From IMG/VR virus record IMGVR_UViG_3300036853_000164, positions 1-58,173 of that record: a stretch of 58,173 bases of DNA; one strand, given 5' to 3'. Position numbers and translations under genes: made by a program. Numbering within the stretch: position 1 is the stretch's first letter; the number at the start of each line of letters is the position of its first letter. Origin of the DNA: a virus. Taxonomy: Duplodnaviria; Caudoviricetes. This document shows, piece after piece, positions 37,706 to 47,200 of the stretch. Below the pieces are notes generated by a model, which saw nothing but the letters and a program-made list of their open reading frames with translations, had not been told where the DNA came from and made no database searches.

Positions 37706-38142
37706 GTCGGCTCGCCCTTCTCGGTGGCGGAGCGGAGGGCGGCATTCTTTTTCATTTGGCCGCGCCAATTGACTGAGGGTTCGTGTTCCCAAGAGTAGAG
37801 TTGGGCTGCCAGCGCCTCCATCATCGACGAGGATGTTTCCAGTGCCTCCGCCAGCTCCGCCTTCTCACGGCGGAGGCGGGCGATCTCGGCGTGCATGTCG
37901 GGGGCGGCGGCAATCAGGCGGGCATTAGCCTCGATGTTGTCGGGGAAGTTATGGACGGCCGCTAGTGTTGGCAGGATCATGCCACCGTTCTCAGAGCCCG
38001 TGATGTGGTAGCCCCAAAAGACGTTCCCGTTGGCGTCAATGTCCTTGGCCTTATAGAGAGACCTATTGATCGGTGGACGGCGCGTTTCAGCATACCGCCA
38101 CGGCCCCGGCGTAAACCCGCTGATCTCGCTCACGTCGTTCAT
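37702..38142 (-). CDS. Hypothetical phage protein
   Basis: 'TPGPW...ANARLIAAAPDM' family motif. Confidence 0.75.
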   Translation of the reverse strand: MNDVSEISGFTPGPWRYAETRRPPINRSLYKAKDIDANGNVFWGYHITGSENGGMILPTLAAVHNFPDNIEANARLIAAAPDMHAEIARLRREKAELAEALETSSSMMEALAAQLYSWEHEPSVNWRGQMKKNAALRSATEKGEPT

Positions 38143-38393
38143 TGCAAACTCCTCTTCACTGCCGAGCTGCCATCGCGACGCAGTGCGTTGAGCTCGAATA
38201 GCTCGTCATGCAGTCGTTGGTTCTGCTCGGTCAGGGCGCGGTTGAGGTCCGCGCTGCCTTGAAGCTTGAGCTTGACCCGAGCGATCTCGTCTGCGTCGTC
38301 GGAGCGTCGCGCCATGCTGACAAGTGCAATGGCTAAGGCCGTCACGATAGAGCCGCCCCACATGCCGCCGAGAAAGAGCATCGTTTCGATCAT
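38139..38393 (-). CDS. Small TM + coiled-coil protein
   Basis: MIETMLFLGGMWGGSIVTALAIALV... Confidence 0.6.
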   Translation of the reverse strand: MIETMLFLGGMWGGSIVTALAIALVSMARRSDDADEIARVKLKLQGSADLNRALTEQNQRLHDELFELNALRRDGSSAVKRSLQ

Positions 38394-38725
38394 CGCAGCA
38401 CCACCCCTCCGGTAAGCTTGCGCTTCCATTTCGACGCCCGGCCGAAGGGGAGAACTCTACGGCCGGGCGCCTTCGCGCCGAGATGGAAGCGTTTCATGCG
38501 CTCTGCCTTGGCGATCTTCGTGATGTCTTTAGCCGTCTTCGTGCGATGACAAGCTCGGCACAAAGGAACGCAATTACCGAGATCGCTGTTAGAAGAAAGT
38601 CCATAAGGTATTCCATGATCGTACTCGCAATTTCCCGGAAACAGCTTTGCGGTACACATAGAACAGCACCCCTTGGCCCGCTCGAAAGCTGCGACTTTCA
38701 CCTTGGCACTAAACCTACGAGCCAC
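38390..38725 (-). CDS. HNH endonuclease
   Basis: CSMC..EYDH..NCVPLCRACH..KT. Confidence 0.8.
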   Translation of the reverse strand: MARRFSAKVKVAAFERAKGCCSMCTAKLFPGNCEYDHGIPYGLSSNSDLGNCVPLCRACHRTKTAKDITKIAKAERMKRFHLGAKAPGRRVLPFGRASKWKRKLTGGVVLR

Positions 38726-39380
38726 TGCGTTCACCGATTGGCTTGAGCGCCTCCTCCACCGACATGAAATTCCGAAAAATTCTGTCGTAGAGGGTTGCGC
38801 GTTTGATCCCGTATCGTTTCGCGGCAACACTTAATGGCACCATCTCGCCATCGATGCAGATGGAGAGCGTGTTGCGCTTGTTGTTCGCCTGTTCGCCCAA
38901 TGTCGCCCAATAGCAATTCGAGGGCTCGTAGTTGCCGTTTACATCTCGCCTTTCCAGCGAGTGCTTCCGTGAAGGCGCGGCGCCGATGTCTTCAAGGAAG
39001 CACTCGATCCCGGCGCGGAGCCCGTCGCCATTGAGCCATCGATCGCAGATCGAAATTCCGCGGCCTCCATAGTGTTTCCAGGCTGGCGCTCGCGAATCGA
39101 AACATCTGTCTTTCATGTCGTGATAGGCAACATATTCCTTGGTGCCAGCCCTGCCATGGCGCGTATTCGCCGCTTTCACCCTCTCGATCCGTAGACACCC
39201 GCAAGATTTCGTGTGGCCGCGCGGTAGTTGGTCGCCTCTGATGTCTTTGGTTGCGCCACAGTCGCATCGGCATTGCCACTGAGAGCGAGCCCCATCGATG
39301 TTCGTCGAGCGGCAAAGGACGACGAGCCGTCCGAACCGTAAGCCGGTTAAATCGGGGGTCCGCCGAGTCATTTCCGTCAC
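38715..39380 (-). CDS. HNH homing endonuclease
   Basis: 'DLTG.RFGRLVV', CDCG, SCGC, 'YGGRGI', 'SLERRDVNGNYEPSNC.WAT'. Confidence 0.85.
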   Translation of the reverse strand: MTEMTRRTPDLTGLRFGRLVVLCRSTNIDGARSQWQCRCDCGATKDIRGDQLPRGHTKSCGCLRIERVKAANTRHGRAGTKEYVAYHDMKDRCFDSRAPAWKHYGGRGISICDRWLNGDGLRAGIECFLEDIGAAPSRKHSLERRDVNGNYEPSNCYWATLGEQANNKRNTLSICIDGEMVPLSVAAKRYGIKRATLYDRIFRNFMSVEEALKPIGERSGS

Positions 39381-40561
39381 CCCGCCGAATAGAAATCGAC
39401 ATAGGACGACTCGACGGCCCCGTTAGGCTTGGCGCGGCGGAGGAAGCCGGGCAGGTCGAGGTCGTCATCCGCCGGCTTTGCGGAATTTTCCGGGATTTCG
39501 TCGTTGATCTCGGGCTTGGCGTCCGGCTTGGCATAGCGGGAGGGCTTGCCTTCGAGCTCGACATGCAAAGAGTCGTAGCCGGCGCGCAGACGCTCGAGCG
39601 GCATGACTTCCTCGATCTCCACCCAGGACGCCTTGAAGTGCGCCCGCAGCAATTCGATCTTCGCCTTCTTGTCGGCGGCGCCCGTGCTCGGATGATGGAG
39701 CACAAGCAAGTCCTGGATTTCGTCGATCACGATCTTGCGCTGCACCGGCATCCAGTCGCGCTTCTCGGTCTTCAAGATGTGCTGGCTGTCGCTCGACGTG
39801 TCGACGCCGACATGGTTGCCGCCCAACTTCAGCATTTCGATGTGCGGCAGGAAATCCTCGAAGCCGGGATTGATGATCTTGGCGCCATCCAGCAGCGTCG
39901 AGCGGTCTTTCTGCACGGTCGCCTGATGCGCGACGATGTTGGTGCGGAGGTCCTCGATCTGTTCCATGAGAACCAAAAGCGACGGCTCGAAGCCAGTTTC
40001 GCCCTCGGTCTTCATCTTGGTGCCGGTCTTTTCGATCTGGCGCTTGCCGTTGTCGTCCTTGTAGTCGGTGAATTCGTAGCCAGCGCGACCGCACATGATG
40101 ATGTGAAGCTTGGAATTGATGAAGAGGTCGGTGAACTTGGCCCAGCCGTGCTCGCCCTTGAGATAGGACCAGTCGTCCATTTGCAGGAAAGTGCGCTGCT
40201 TCTTACGCATGTAACTCTCGCACAGCTCGCGCCAGGGATGGGTGATGGAGTCGATGATCAGGACGGCGGCGGCATCTTCGGCTTCGCGCACCACGGTCAA
40301 GAGATCGGCGAAGGTCCGGCGCTTGGCGACCACGAACGGAACGCCGGCCGCCTCGAAATCAGGGATCAGCCAGTCCGATCCCGTCTCGGTGTCAAAGAAT
40401 GCGACCGGCTTGTTCCTGACATCGATCCCCTTCGCCTGCATGTACTTGTGCAGGCCGATCGCGACCTTGCCCGCAGTCTTGGTCTTGCCGCCACCCTGGA
40501 AGCCAAGGATTCCCATTTTCAGAAAAGCGGAAGTGACTTTAGCTGGCTGTAGAAGTGACAT
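39377..40561 (-). CDS. AAA-family (Sak4-like) P-loop recombination ATPase
   Basis: Walker A GFQGGGKT, 'FDTETGS', Walker B 'LIIDSITH.W'. Confidence 0.8.
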   Translation of the reverse strand: MSLLQPAKVTSAFLKMGILGFQGGGKTKTAGKVAIGLHKYMQAKGIDVRNKPVAFFDTETGSDWLIPDFEAAGVPFVVAKRRTFADLLTVVREAEDAAAVLIIDSITHPWRELCESYMRKKQRTFLQMDDWSYLKGEHGWAKFTDLFINSKLHIIMCGRAGYEFTDYKDDNGKRQIEKTGTKMKTEGETGFEPSLLVLMEQIEDLRTNIVAHQATVQKDRSTLLDGAKIINPGFEDFLPHIEMLKLGGNHVGVDTSSDSQHILKTEKRDWMPVQRKIVIDEIQDLLVLHHPSTGAADKKAKIELLRAHFKASWVEIEEVMPLERLRAGYDSLHVELEGKPSRYAKPDAKPEINDEIPENSAKPADDDLDLPGFLRRAKPNGAVESSYVDFYSAG

Positions 40562-40564
40562 GGT

Positions 40565-40741
40565 TTAATCCCCCGTGTTTGGCGCTTCACAATTTTCCGT
40601 CAAATCTCTGATTGCTTCGGCTTCGGTTCGTCCGTAGCCGTAGTTCCCCATCTCGAAGCCGTCGTAGTGCGCGCTCCAATCGAACGAGCGCGTCGGGATG
40701 GGCGGGTAGACGTGGGTGGTTACGATCTTCGGCGCGGGCAT
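40565..40741 (-). CDS. Hypothetical protein (58 aa)
   Basis: MPAPKIVTTHVYPPIPTRSFDWSA..GYGRTEAEAIRDL; below the ORF-track cut-off. Confidence 0.65.
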   Translation of the reverse strand: MPAPKIVTTHVYPPIPTRSFDWSAHYDGFEMGNYGYGRTEAEAIRDLTENCEAPNTGD

Positions 40742-41094
40742 CACTCAAACTCTCGCTCGAGTTCCCTCATCTGCTCCGCCGCGATCTTGAACGTGTCGAT
40801 GATATCGCCGCGCGTGTCGCTCAAAATCCCCATGACGCTCACCTCGAACGTGATCCCCGACGTGCGGTGCTTGGCATCGGCCAGGACCGCGGTCAGATAA
40901 GTCTCCACCGCAGTAAAGAGCCCCTGCACATGCTCAGCTCTCTCTTCCATGTCGGCGGAGTCGGCCTCGCCGATGATGTTGACGGGGTGGTTGTCGGCGA
41001 GCGCGACCAGGAGATCGCTGAAGGCGACGCGGATGGTCGGGGCTGGGCGCTTGGCGGAAGCGAAGTGGATGCGGTCTTGGGTGTGGGTGGTCAT
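40741..41094 (-). CDS. Hypothetical protein, first gene of the leftward early operon
   Basis: AGGGGAG RBS. Confidence 0.7.
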   Translation of the reverse strand: MTTHTQDRIHFASAKRPAPTIRVAFSDLLVALADNHPVNIIGEADSADMEERAEHVQGLFTAVETYLTAVLADAKHRTSGITFEVSVMGILSDTRGDIIDTFKIAAEQMRELEREFE

Positions 41095-41119
41095 GTGTGC
41101 TCCCCTGGTTGATGGGAGC

Positions 41120-41172
41120 ACTGTGCATTATGTGCACAATCCAGTCAAGATAAAAAGTGCGTATCCCGCACA
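41120..41172 (-). promoter_or_regulatory. Leftward early promoter with two operators (OL)
   Basis: TGTGC-N7-GCACA at 41122-41138 and AGTGC-N7-GCACA at 41156-41172; minus-strand TTGACT at 41143-41148. Confidence 0.75.
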
Positions 41173-41181
41173 AATAATAGG

Positions 41182-41481
41182 TCAGCCAACCTTACGTTTG
41201 AAGGTGCGGGCAATTTCTAACAATTGCTCTTGCAAGTCCAGCGGCAGTTCACGGAACTCGTTTACAAGCGAGGGAGCCGCCGGATTGCGGCTCAAGAGGT
41301 CGTGCGGCGCGCAATGATAAACCTTCGCAGCCGCTTCCAAAAACGCCTGATTGTACGGCTCTTTGCCAGTTTCGAGCTTGCTTAGATAACTGCGGTCGAT
41401 GCCGATTTGCGCCGCCGCACCCTCTTGGGTGAGACCCTTGTGCTTCCGGTGTTCCCTGAAAAAATTAGTCTTTTCGGCCAT
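41182..41481 (-). CDS. CI-like XRE HTH repressor
   Basis: 'GLTQEGAAAQIGIDRSYLSKLETGK'; divergent from cro. Confidence 0.85.
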   Translation of the reverse strand: MAEKTNFFREHRKHKGLTQEGAAAQIGIDRSYLSKLETGKEPYNQAFLEAAAKVYHCAPHDLLSRNPAAPSLVNEFRELPLDLQEQLLEIARTFKRKVG

Positions 41482-41515
41482 GGGAACAGTCTTGTCCCAC
41501 GCCGGAATACCGTCC

Positions 41516-41575
41516 ACGGACCCACTTGCACATTGTGCTTGACATGCACTGTGCCCATATCGCACATTCGGCGAC
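41516..41575 (+). promoter_or_regulatory. Rightward early promoter with operators (OR)
   Basis: TGTGC-N7-GCACT at 41534-41550 containing TTGACA; TGTGC-N7-GCACA at 41550-41566. Confidence 0.8.
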
Positions 41576-41782
41576 ATGAAATGCATCACGCTATCGCAAT
41601 GGATGGAATGGCGCGGCCTCACCGACGAGCAATTTGCGGAACTCGTTGGCGTCGACCGCACGGCCATCAACCGCATCAAGCGCGGCGTCAATCGCCCGTC
41701 CTGGGAGTTGGCGGCCAGGATCAAGGTTGCGACTGAGGGCGCGGTGACCGCAGATTCGTTTTTGCCGGAGGTTGCGGCGTGA
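41576..41782 (+). CDS. Cro-like HTH regulator
   Basis: 68 aa, 'LTDEQFAELVGVDRTAINRIKRG..RPS'. Confidence 0.85.
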   Translation: MKCITLSQWMEWRGLTDEQFAELVGVDRTAINRIKRGVNRPSWELAARIKVATEGAVTADSFLPEVAA

Positions 41783-42053
41783 TCGGCCTCGTAAACCCGC
41801 ACAACGAACCGATCGCCCGACATGGGCGTAATGGTCGCGATTCGCATGGTGGATGCCCCATGCCGCTGCAACAATACGCGCGGGGCGTTCATCGTGTTCT
41901 TTTTCGCCCGCGCCCCCATGATGAACGGCGGCTCGGTTGCCGTCCAGCAAGATTCGCATTTTGCCGCATCCCCTCAAATGTGGGGGCTGTGGAAATCCAC
42001 GTAAGCCCTCCTGACGTTCCTCCCCGTCAGCCCCGCTCACGGGCTGGCCACCT

Positions 42054-42085
42054 CGGGAGGCGTAAGTCCGTTTCCCGTTTTTCTT
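42054..42085 (+). terminator. Rho-independent terminator (tR1-like)
   Basis: CGGGAGGCG-TAAGTC-CGTTTCCCG-TTTTT. Confidence 0.6.
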
Positions 42086-42206
42086 CACCCGATCAGCCAC
42101 ACCATCACCAAAAGGCACAGCGCGACCCAGGCGGAGATCAGAAGCCATCGGATGATCGTGCGACGCAATTCCATCGGTTCCCTCGGGTTTCATTCGGGGA
42201 ACTTGT

Positions 42207-42677
42207 GTGATGTACGCCCCCATGACAAATCTTGGCACTGCAGCGCGCCGCACACGATTTGAATATTGCGCGCACTGGGAACGCTTGGCTGCCGCGGTGG
42301 AGAAAATATTTCCCCGCAAAACGGCGTTTCATCTCAGCGCCTTGACCGGCCTTCGCCCGCGGGCCTGCTTCGAATTCCTGGGGCGTCGCTCCGGACTGTC
42401 GTCTGATGCACTGGTGCCAATGCTGCGCACCAAGCACGGCCCGGCCGTGTTGCGTGCGCTCCTCGGCGACGACTGCCGCGAGCCGTGGTGGATCGAGTTT
42501 CAAGTGATGTGGCGTCGCGTCGAAAACGAGCAATGGGAACGCGACCTGCGAGGCATTGATGATCAACATGCTCAAGCGCCTGCTCCACGCCGTCACCAAG
42601 CTGTTCGTGAAGTTAGACAAGCGGGCGCATCAACCGCGTCCGCGCCGTCATCCGTTCTGAAAGGGCGCCACCCATGA
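42207..42677 (+). CDS. Hypothetical protein (CII position)
   Basis: HTH-like 'TAFHLSALTGLRPRAC'. Confidence 0.55.
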   Translation: MMYAPMTNLGTAARRTRFEYCAHWERLAAAVEKIFPRKTAFHLSALTGLRPRACFEFLGRRSGLSSDALVPMLRTKHGPAVLRALLGDDCREPWWIEFQVMWRRVENEQWERDLRGIDDQHAQAPAPRRHQAVREVRQAGASTASAPSSVLKGRHP

Positions 42678-43030
42678 GTGACCGCAAGCTTGCCGATGCC
42701 CGCACGATTCATCCCCGCGCTCTTGCCGATTTGGGCGAGGAAGCCTGCATCGTCACGCTCGGCGTGGCAAGGGATTTGCGGAGTGGGGCGATACCGCCGG
42801 AACAGTACGATCAAAATTATTTTGACCGCTGGCAGACCGAATGTGGAACGGCGTGCTGCATAGCCGGCTGGATGACCATTCGCGGCGTTAATTACGCCCA
42901 ACTATTGAGGGTGCGAGGCGGCCTCTTTGGGACTTCCTATCGTAGACGAACTCCGAACGAGGCCGCCGACGCGATCGAACGCTACATCTGCGACGGCTCC
43001 CACGACCCTTGGGAATTACACGTCGCCTGA
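42674..43030 (+). CDS. Hypothetical protein
   Basis: 'CGTACCIAGW' phage motif. Confidence 0.65.
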   Translation: MSDRKLADARTIHPRALADLGEEACIVTLGVARDLRSGAIPPEQYDQNYFDRWQTECGTACCIAGWMTIRGVNYAQLLRVRGGLFGTSYRRRTPNEAADAIERYICDGSHDPWELHVA

Positions 43031-43097
43031 AATCCTAGTTCGTTCGCGTTTCCACGTACTCGCCCGATTTCATTTCCTCCGCACAGGGGATCGCGGA

Positions 43098-43583
43098 ATG
43101 CTTGCACCGACTGAACCAACCTGGACCGACGAGCGCGTCGCGCAGCTGCGGGAGCTGCAGGCCAAGCAATGGAGCGGGAGCCGCATCGCTGCCGAGCTCC
43201 GCCTCACGCGCAATCAGGTGATCGGCAAGCTCACCAGGCTCGGGCTCAGATGCACAAGCCAGCCGCCGACGCACAGTGGTCGCAACCCGGCGCGCAAGGC
43301 TCACCCCTTCAAGCGCAAGCCGAAGAAGATGGCCGGCACTGTGCGATATGGTGAGCCGGAGATGATGGCAAAGCGATTTGAGCTTGCCGACCTCCCGCTC
43401 GAGCCTCTCCCCGCAAGCCGGCGCTCGATCTTTGAACTGACCGAGGAGACGTGCAGATGGCCGATCGGTGATCCGCAGTCTTCTAACTTTTTCTTCTGCG
43501 GCGACCGTTCGATCGAGGGATTTCCGTACTGCGGACATCACACTCGGATGGCGTACGAGCCTTTGCAATCAAGGAGGCGATGA
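43098..43583 (+). CDS. gcrA: GcrA-family cell-cycle regulator homologue
   Basis: 'WTDERV..L', 'TRNQVIGK..RLGL', 'CRWPIGDP....F.FCG', 'YC..H'. Confidence 0.9.
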   Translation: MLAPTEPTWTDERVAQLRELQAKQWSGSRIAAELRLTRNQVIGKLTRLGLRCTSQPPTHSGRNPARKAHPFKRKPKKMAGTVRYGEPEMMAKRFELADLPLEPLPASRRSIFELTEETCRWPIGDPQSSNFFFCGDRSIEGFPYCGHHTRMAYEPLQSRRR

Positions 43584-43651
43584 CGTGATCGCTGCTCTCT
43601 TTGAGGCCGCCGCATGAAAGCCCCGCCCCGCATCGTCGAGGAATTCGAGCG

Positions 43652-43987
43652 ATGAAAACACATGAGCTGAAATCGTGGCCTGATTACTTCGAGCCTGTAT
43701 TCCACGGCCAAAAGTGTTTTGAGCTCCGCAATAATGACCGGCGCTTCTCTGTCGGCGACAGACTGTTGATCCGCGAATGGGACGACCGGACCGGAAAGTA
43801 CACTGGCCGCGAAGTACGAAAGATCGTGAGTTATATGCTTGAGGGCGTCGGCCCTGGAGCGATCACACCGTTGCATGGGCTATCACGTGGTTACGTGATT
43901 TTATCCCTAGCGTCAGAGCCGACGGCCTATCAGATCGAGCATAAGCCGGACAAAGACGAATCCGGCGACGACATGCTGCCATGGTGA
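43652..43987 (+). CDS. DUF3850 / ASCH-like protein
   Basis: 'HELKSWPDYF..V..G.K.FELRNNDR.F.VGD.L..REW'. Confidence 0.85.
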   Translation: MKTHELKSWPDYFEPVFHGQKCFELRNNDRRFSVGDRLLIREWDDRTGKYTGREVRKIVSYMLEGVGPGAITPLHGLSRGYVILSLASEPTAYQIEHKPDKDESGDDMLPW

Positions 43988-43994
43988 GGACGCG

Positions 43995-44315
43995 ATGACC
44001 GACCTATTCGAATGGGGCAATGCCTTCCGCCGCACCGATCCGGTGACATCCTCCGCCGCGGCGCAATCCATGCATGCTATCGCCCAGGCGCACCATGCCG
44101 CTATCCTCGGGGTGTTGCGTGCCGCTGGCCGCCCCATGGCCGCCGAGCAGATCAGCGACCGTTGCGACCTCGATTATGTCGCCATCAACCGCCGTTTGAC
44201 CGAGTTGGAACGAGCCGGCCTGATTTACAAAACCACGGAGCGGCACCGCAATCGAAGCGGGCGGGCCGCGTTCCGGTATGCGCTGAAGGTGGAGGTGAGC
44301 AAACCATGCGCTTAA
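43995..44315 (+). CDS. Winged-helix DNA-binding protein
   Basis: 'R.TDP.TS..AA', 'RRLTELERAGLI'. Confidence 0.7.
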   Translation: MTDLFEWGNAFRRTDPVTSSAAAQSMHAIAQAHHAAILGVLRAAGRPMAAEQISDRCDLDYVAINRRLTELERAGLIYKTTERHRNRSGRAAFRYALKVEVSKPCA

Positions 44316-44632
44316 TAACAGATGTACTGAGAGATATCCGCAAAGGGCGCCCGGTCGAGGAAGCCACCATGGCGCTCGCCGATGTGGTCAAGGCTGTCGA
44401 CGAAACCGGCAAGCCCGGCTCCGTGACTATCGTGCTCACGGTCAAACCAGCGAAGCACGGCGGCCCGGAAAAGGTTCTAGTCGCGGAAGTCAAGGCCAAG
44501 AAACCGATCGCCGAGATTGCGCCGGCCATCTTCTTCTCGGACGCCGATGGCGACCTGCACCGAACCGACCCGACGCAAGAGGAAATGAAATTCGAAACCG
44601 CCAAGGGCGCACCCGCGCCAACCTCGGCATAA
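44306..44632 (+). CDS. Hypothetical protein (usual partner of DUF2303)
   Basis: 'V.AV.ETGK.GS.TI.L...IFF....G.L.R.DP.Q'. Confidence 0.75.
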   Translation: MRLITDVLRDIRKGRPVEEATMALADVVKAVDETGKPGSVTIVLTVKPAKHGGPEKVLVAEVKAKKPIAEIAPAIFFSDADGDLHRTDPTQEEMKFETAKGAPAPTSA

Positions 44633-44645
44633 AAGGAGGGGATAG

Positions 44646-45464
44646 ATGACGGAAGCCAAGGAAATCGCAGAACTTGCCGTAAAGGCAGTAGAAAAGGCCC
44701 ATTTCGTGAGGAGCGAGGACGGCCGCGAGTTCCTCGTCGTGCCGCATGGCCACCACCAGGTCGAAGTCACTCTTCCTGATGCATTGCCGCTCTATGATCC
44801 GCATTTCATCAAGCAGGCCGTGACGCTGCAGACGACGGATTCGTTGAGCGATTATGTCAATCGCTACAAGAGCGCTGACACGCTTCTCTTTGCCGACATC
44901 AGCCAAAATCTGATCCGCGCGCAAGTCGACTATCATCCGGCGCCAACGAACGACCCGCCGGCCGGGCGCATCGCGCACGCTGCGACGCTCCAGTTAGCCT
45001 ATTCGACCGAATGGCACGAGTGGAACAAAATTTCCGGGCGCCTCATGGAGCAATTGGAGTTCGCGCGTTTCGTCGAGGAAAACGGTGCCGATGTGCGGGC
45101 GCCCACTGGCGCCGAACTACTCGAATGCGTCCGCGACCTCCAGGCTCACCGCAAGGTGAACTTTATCAAAGCCGTCCGCACCTCGTCGGAAAACGAGAAC
45201 TTCGAATATAGCGACGAGACGACCGCGACCTCGAAGAAAGGCGCGGTCGAGGTGCCGACAAAATTCAAGCTCGGCATTCCCGTTTATTTTGGAGAGCCGG
45301 ACGTCGAGGTCTTCGCCTTTCTGCGGTGGAAACTGACGGAGGGGAATCTGACTCTCGGCATCCAACTGCACCGGACCGAGCATGTGCGCCAGGCCGTATT
45401 CAAGGCCATCGTTCTGGCCGTCGGCGAGCGGACCTCCTGCCCTGTGGTATTCGGGAAAATCTGA
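44646..45464 (+). CDS. DUF2303 (YfdQ) family protein
   Basis: 'DYH', 'Q.EFA.F.EEN', 'F.L.IPVY.G'. Confidence 0.8.
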   Translation: MTEAKEIAELAVKAVEKAHFVRSEDGREFLVVPHGHHQVEVTLPDALPLYDPHFIKQAVTLQTTDSLSDYVNRYKSADTLLFADISQNLIRAQVDYHPAPTNDPPAGRIAHAATLQLAYSTEWHEWNKISGRLMEQLEFARFVEENGADVRAPTGAELLECVRDLQAHRKVNFIKAVRTSSENENFEYSDETTATSKKGAVEVPTKFKLGIPVYFGEPDVEVFAFLRWKLTEGNLTLGIQLHRTEHVRQAVFKAIVLAVGERTSCPVVFGKI

Positions 45465-45506
45465 TCATGATCTCGCCGCCACAAGCCCCGGCGGGCTTGG
45501 CGAGCC

Positions 45507-45543
45507 GCGCCCCCGTTATTTCAGCGTAACGGGGGCGCATTTA
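45507..45543 (+). terminator. 12-bp hairpin, possible terminator
   Basis: GCGCCCCCGTTA-N8-TAACGGGGGCGC-ATTT. Confidence 0.5.
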
Positions 45544-45560
45544 ATGGCAGGGAGGGGACG

Positions 45561-46130
45561 ATGAGTGAGGAAAAGCAGGTTGAGCGCAAGCCTCTCTCCA
45601 AAAAGACACGCTTCGAGATATTCAAGCGCGATCGGTTCACTTGTCAGTATTGCGGACGAAAGCCGCCCGATGTTGTCCTTGAGGTTGACCACGTTGTCGC
45701 GGTGGTCGCAGGCGGTAGCAGCGAAGAGCACAACCTGCTTACGTCATGCTTCGATTGCAATCGCGGCAAGGCCAGCAATCCACTCGATATTCCGCCCCCA
45801 CTCGATCTGATGGAAAAACGGCGCCTAATCGAGGAGCGCCGCGAGCAAGTCAGAAGCTTTGAGGAATTCCTGGCTGAAATCAGGAATGAGGACGAGGACC
45901 GCGTCGACCAGGTTATCGCGGTCTATGACTATATGTTCAATGGACTGGAGCGGTTTTATTTTAGCCGCGCATCAATCCGCAACTTTCTCCAGCACCTTCC
46001 GCTTCCCGAAGTCCAAGAAGCCATGGAGCTCGCCTGCGAGCGCATGAGGGCGGGGAATGTGTTCCGATACTTCTGCGCCGTTTGCTGGAACAAGATCAGA
46101 GCGGGGCGGGGCGATGGCGAGGATTCGTAG
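45561..46130 (+). CDS. HNH endonuclease domain protein
   Basis: 'RFEIFKRDRFTCQYCG..LEVDH..NL.TSC.DCNRGK'. Confidence 0.85.
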   Translation: MSEEKQVERKPLSKKTRFEIFKRDRFTCQYCGRKPPDVVLEVDHVVAVVAGGSSEEHNLLTSCFDCNRGKASNPLDIPPPLDLMEKRRLIEERREQVRSFEEFLAEIRNEDEDRVDQVIAVYDYMFNGLERFYFSRASIRNFLQHLPLPEVQEAMELACERMRAGNVFRYFCAVCWNKIRAGRGDGEDS

Positions 46131-46989
46131 CGTTCATCCCGGCCTCTTCACGGACGAAGCCTTCATGTCGCTTTCCATGGAAGCGCGCGTCCTCATCATC
46201 GGTATATGGACCGAGGCGGACGATAACGGCGTCTTTGAATGGAAGCCGATTACCCTCAAGGCCCGTATCCTGCCGGCCGACAATGTGGACACTGTCACCC
46301 TACTGGCGGAACTGGCGCGCCTTGATTTCGTCAACAGGTTCGAAAATGGCGCATCCACATACGGAGCGGTTCGGAACTTCCACAAGTATCAGAGGCCTAA
46401 AAAGCCGAAAATTAAGTACGTGTTGCCTGATGAATTGAGAACCTATGTCGGAATTAGAAGTGGTGATGTCAGCGAAGTAGAGAACCAGTTCCCCACCGAG
46501 GAGGAACTTCCCTCGCAGAGGGAGGAGGGAGGAGGGAGGTTGGAGGAGGACGATGTATCCTCGCTTCGCTCGGAAGCGCGCGCGCGCGAAAATGAAATCG
46601 AGCGAAAGCCGCAAGCGCGCCTCACTGACCTCTGGAAACCACTTGAGGCGGGCTACCTCTATGCCAAATCAATTGGTTTGACGGACGCCGAAATCGTTCG
46701 CGAGGCGGAACGCTTCCGCAATCACGCCAAGCAATCCGACCGGGTATGCTCGGATTGGGATGCCGCGTGGCGGAACTGGGCGTTGAAGGCCCTTGAATTG
46801 CTTGGTCGCTCGATGCCGTCAACGCAGTCAAACGCCCCAGTCGGAATTCACGTCAAGGCAGATACGCCTCAATGGGATGCGTGGCGACGCCATCGCGGAA
46901 AATCCGCCCCGCGCGACAAAGACAACGGATGGTTTTTCCCGAGTGAGTGGCCCCCAGGAGCCGAGCCAAAGGAGGCGAAAGTTGCCTGA
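46114..46989 (+). CDS. Phage replication initiator (replisome organiser)
   Basis: 'MARIRSVHPGLFTDE', 'ADDNG.F.W', 'NF.KYQ.P', 'DWDAAWRNW'. Confidence 0.8.
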   Translation: MARIRSVHPGLFTDEAFMSLSMEARVLIIGIWTEADDNGVFEWKPITLKARILPADNVDTVTLLAELARLDFVNRFENGASTYGAVRNFHKYQRPKKPKIKYVLPDELRTYVGIRSGDVSEVENQFPTEEELPSQREEGGGRLEEDDVSSLRSEARARENEIERKPQARLTDLWKPLEAGYLYAKSIGLTDAEIVREAERFRNHAKQSDRVCSDWDAAWRNWALKALELLGRSMPSTQSNAPVGIHVKADTPQWDAWRRHRGKSAPRDKDNGWFFPSEWPPGAEPKEAKVA

Positions 46990-47200
46990 CCAAAAACCCA
47001 TATTATGGGGCCGCCCCCGCAAGCTCACTCCCGCCGGAGAGCGCGCTGTGGCGCGTGCCTTTGCCAAGGGCACCGCCCTCAAGGCCATCGCCCATCAGTT
47101 CCACATCAGCATCCCCCTCGTTTCCAAGCTGGCGCGAGAGGCCGGGCTACCTCTTCGTCCGCGGGGAGCGAAGCGCGTCCAGATCGGGGGGCCCGCATGA
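46982..47200 (+). CDS. Small HTH protein
   Basis: 'GRPRKLT...LKAIAHQFHISIPLVSK'. Confidence 0.65.
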   Translation: MPDQKPILWGRPRKLTPAGERAVARAFAKGTALKAIAHQFHISIPLVSKLAREAGLPLRPRGAKRVQIGGPA

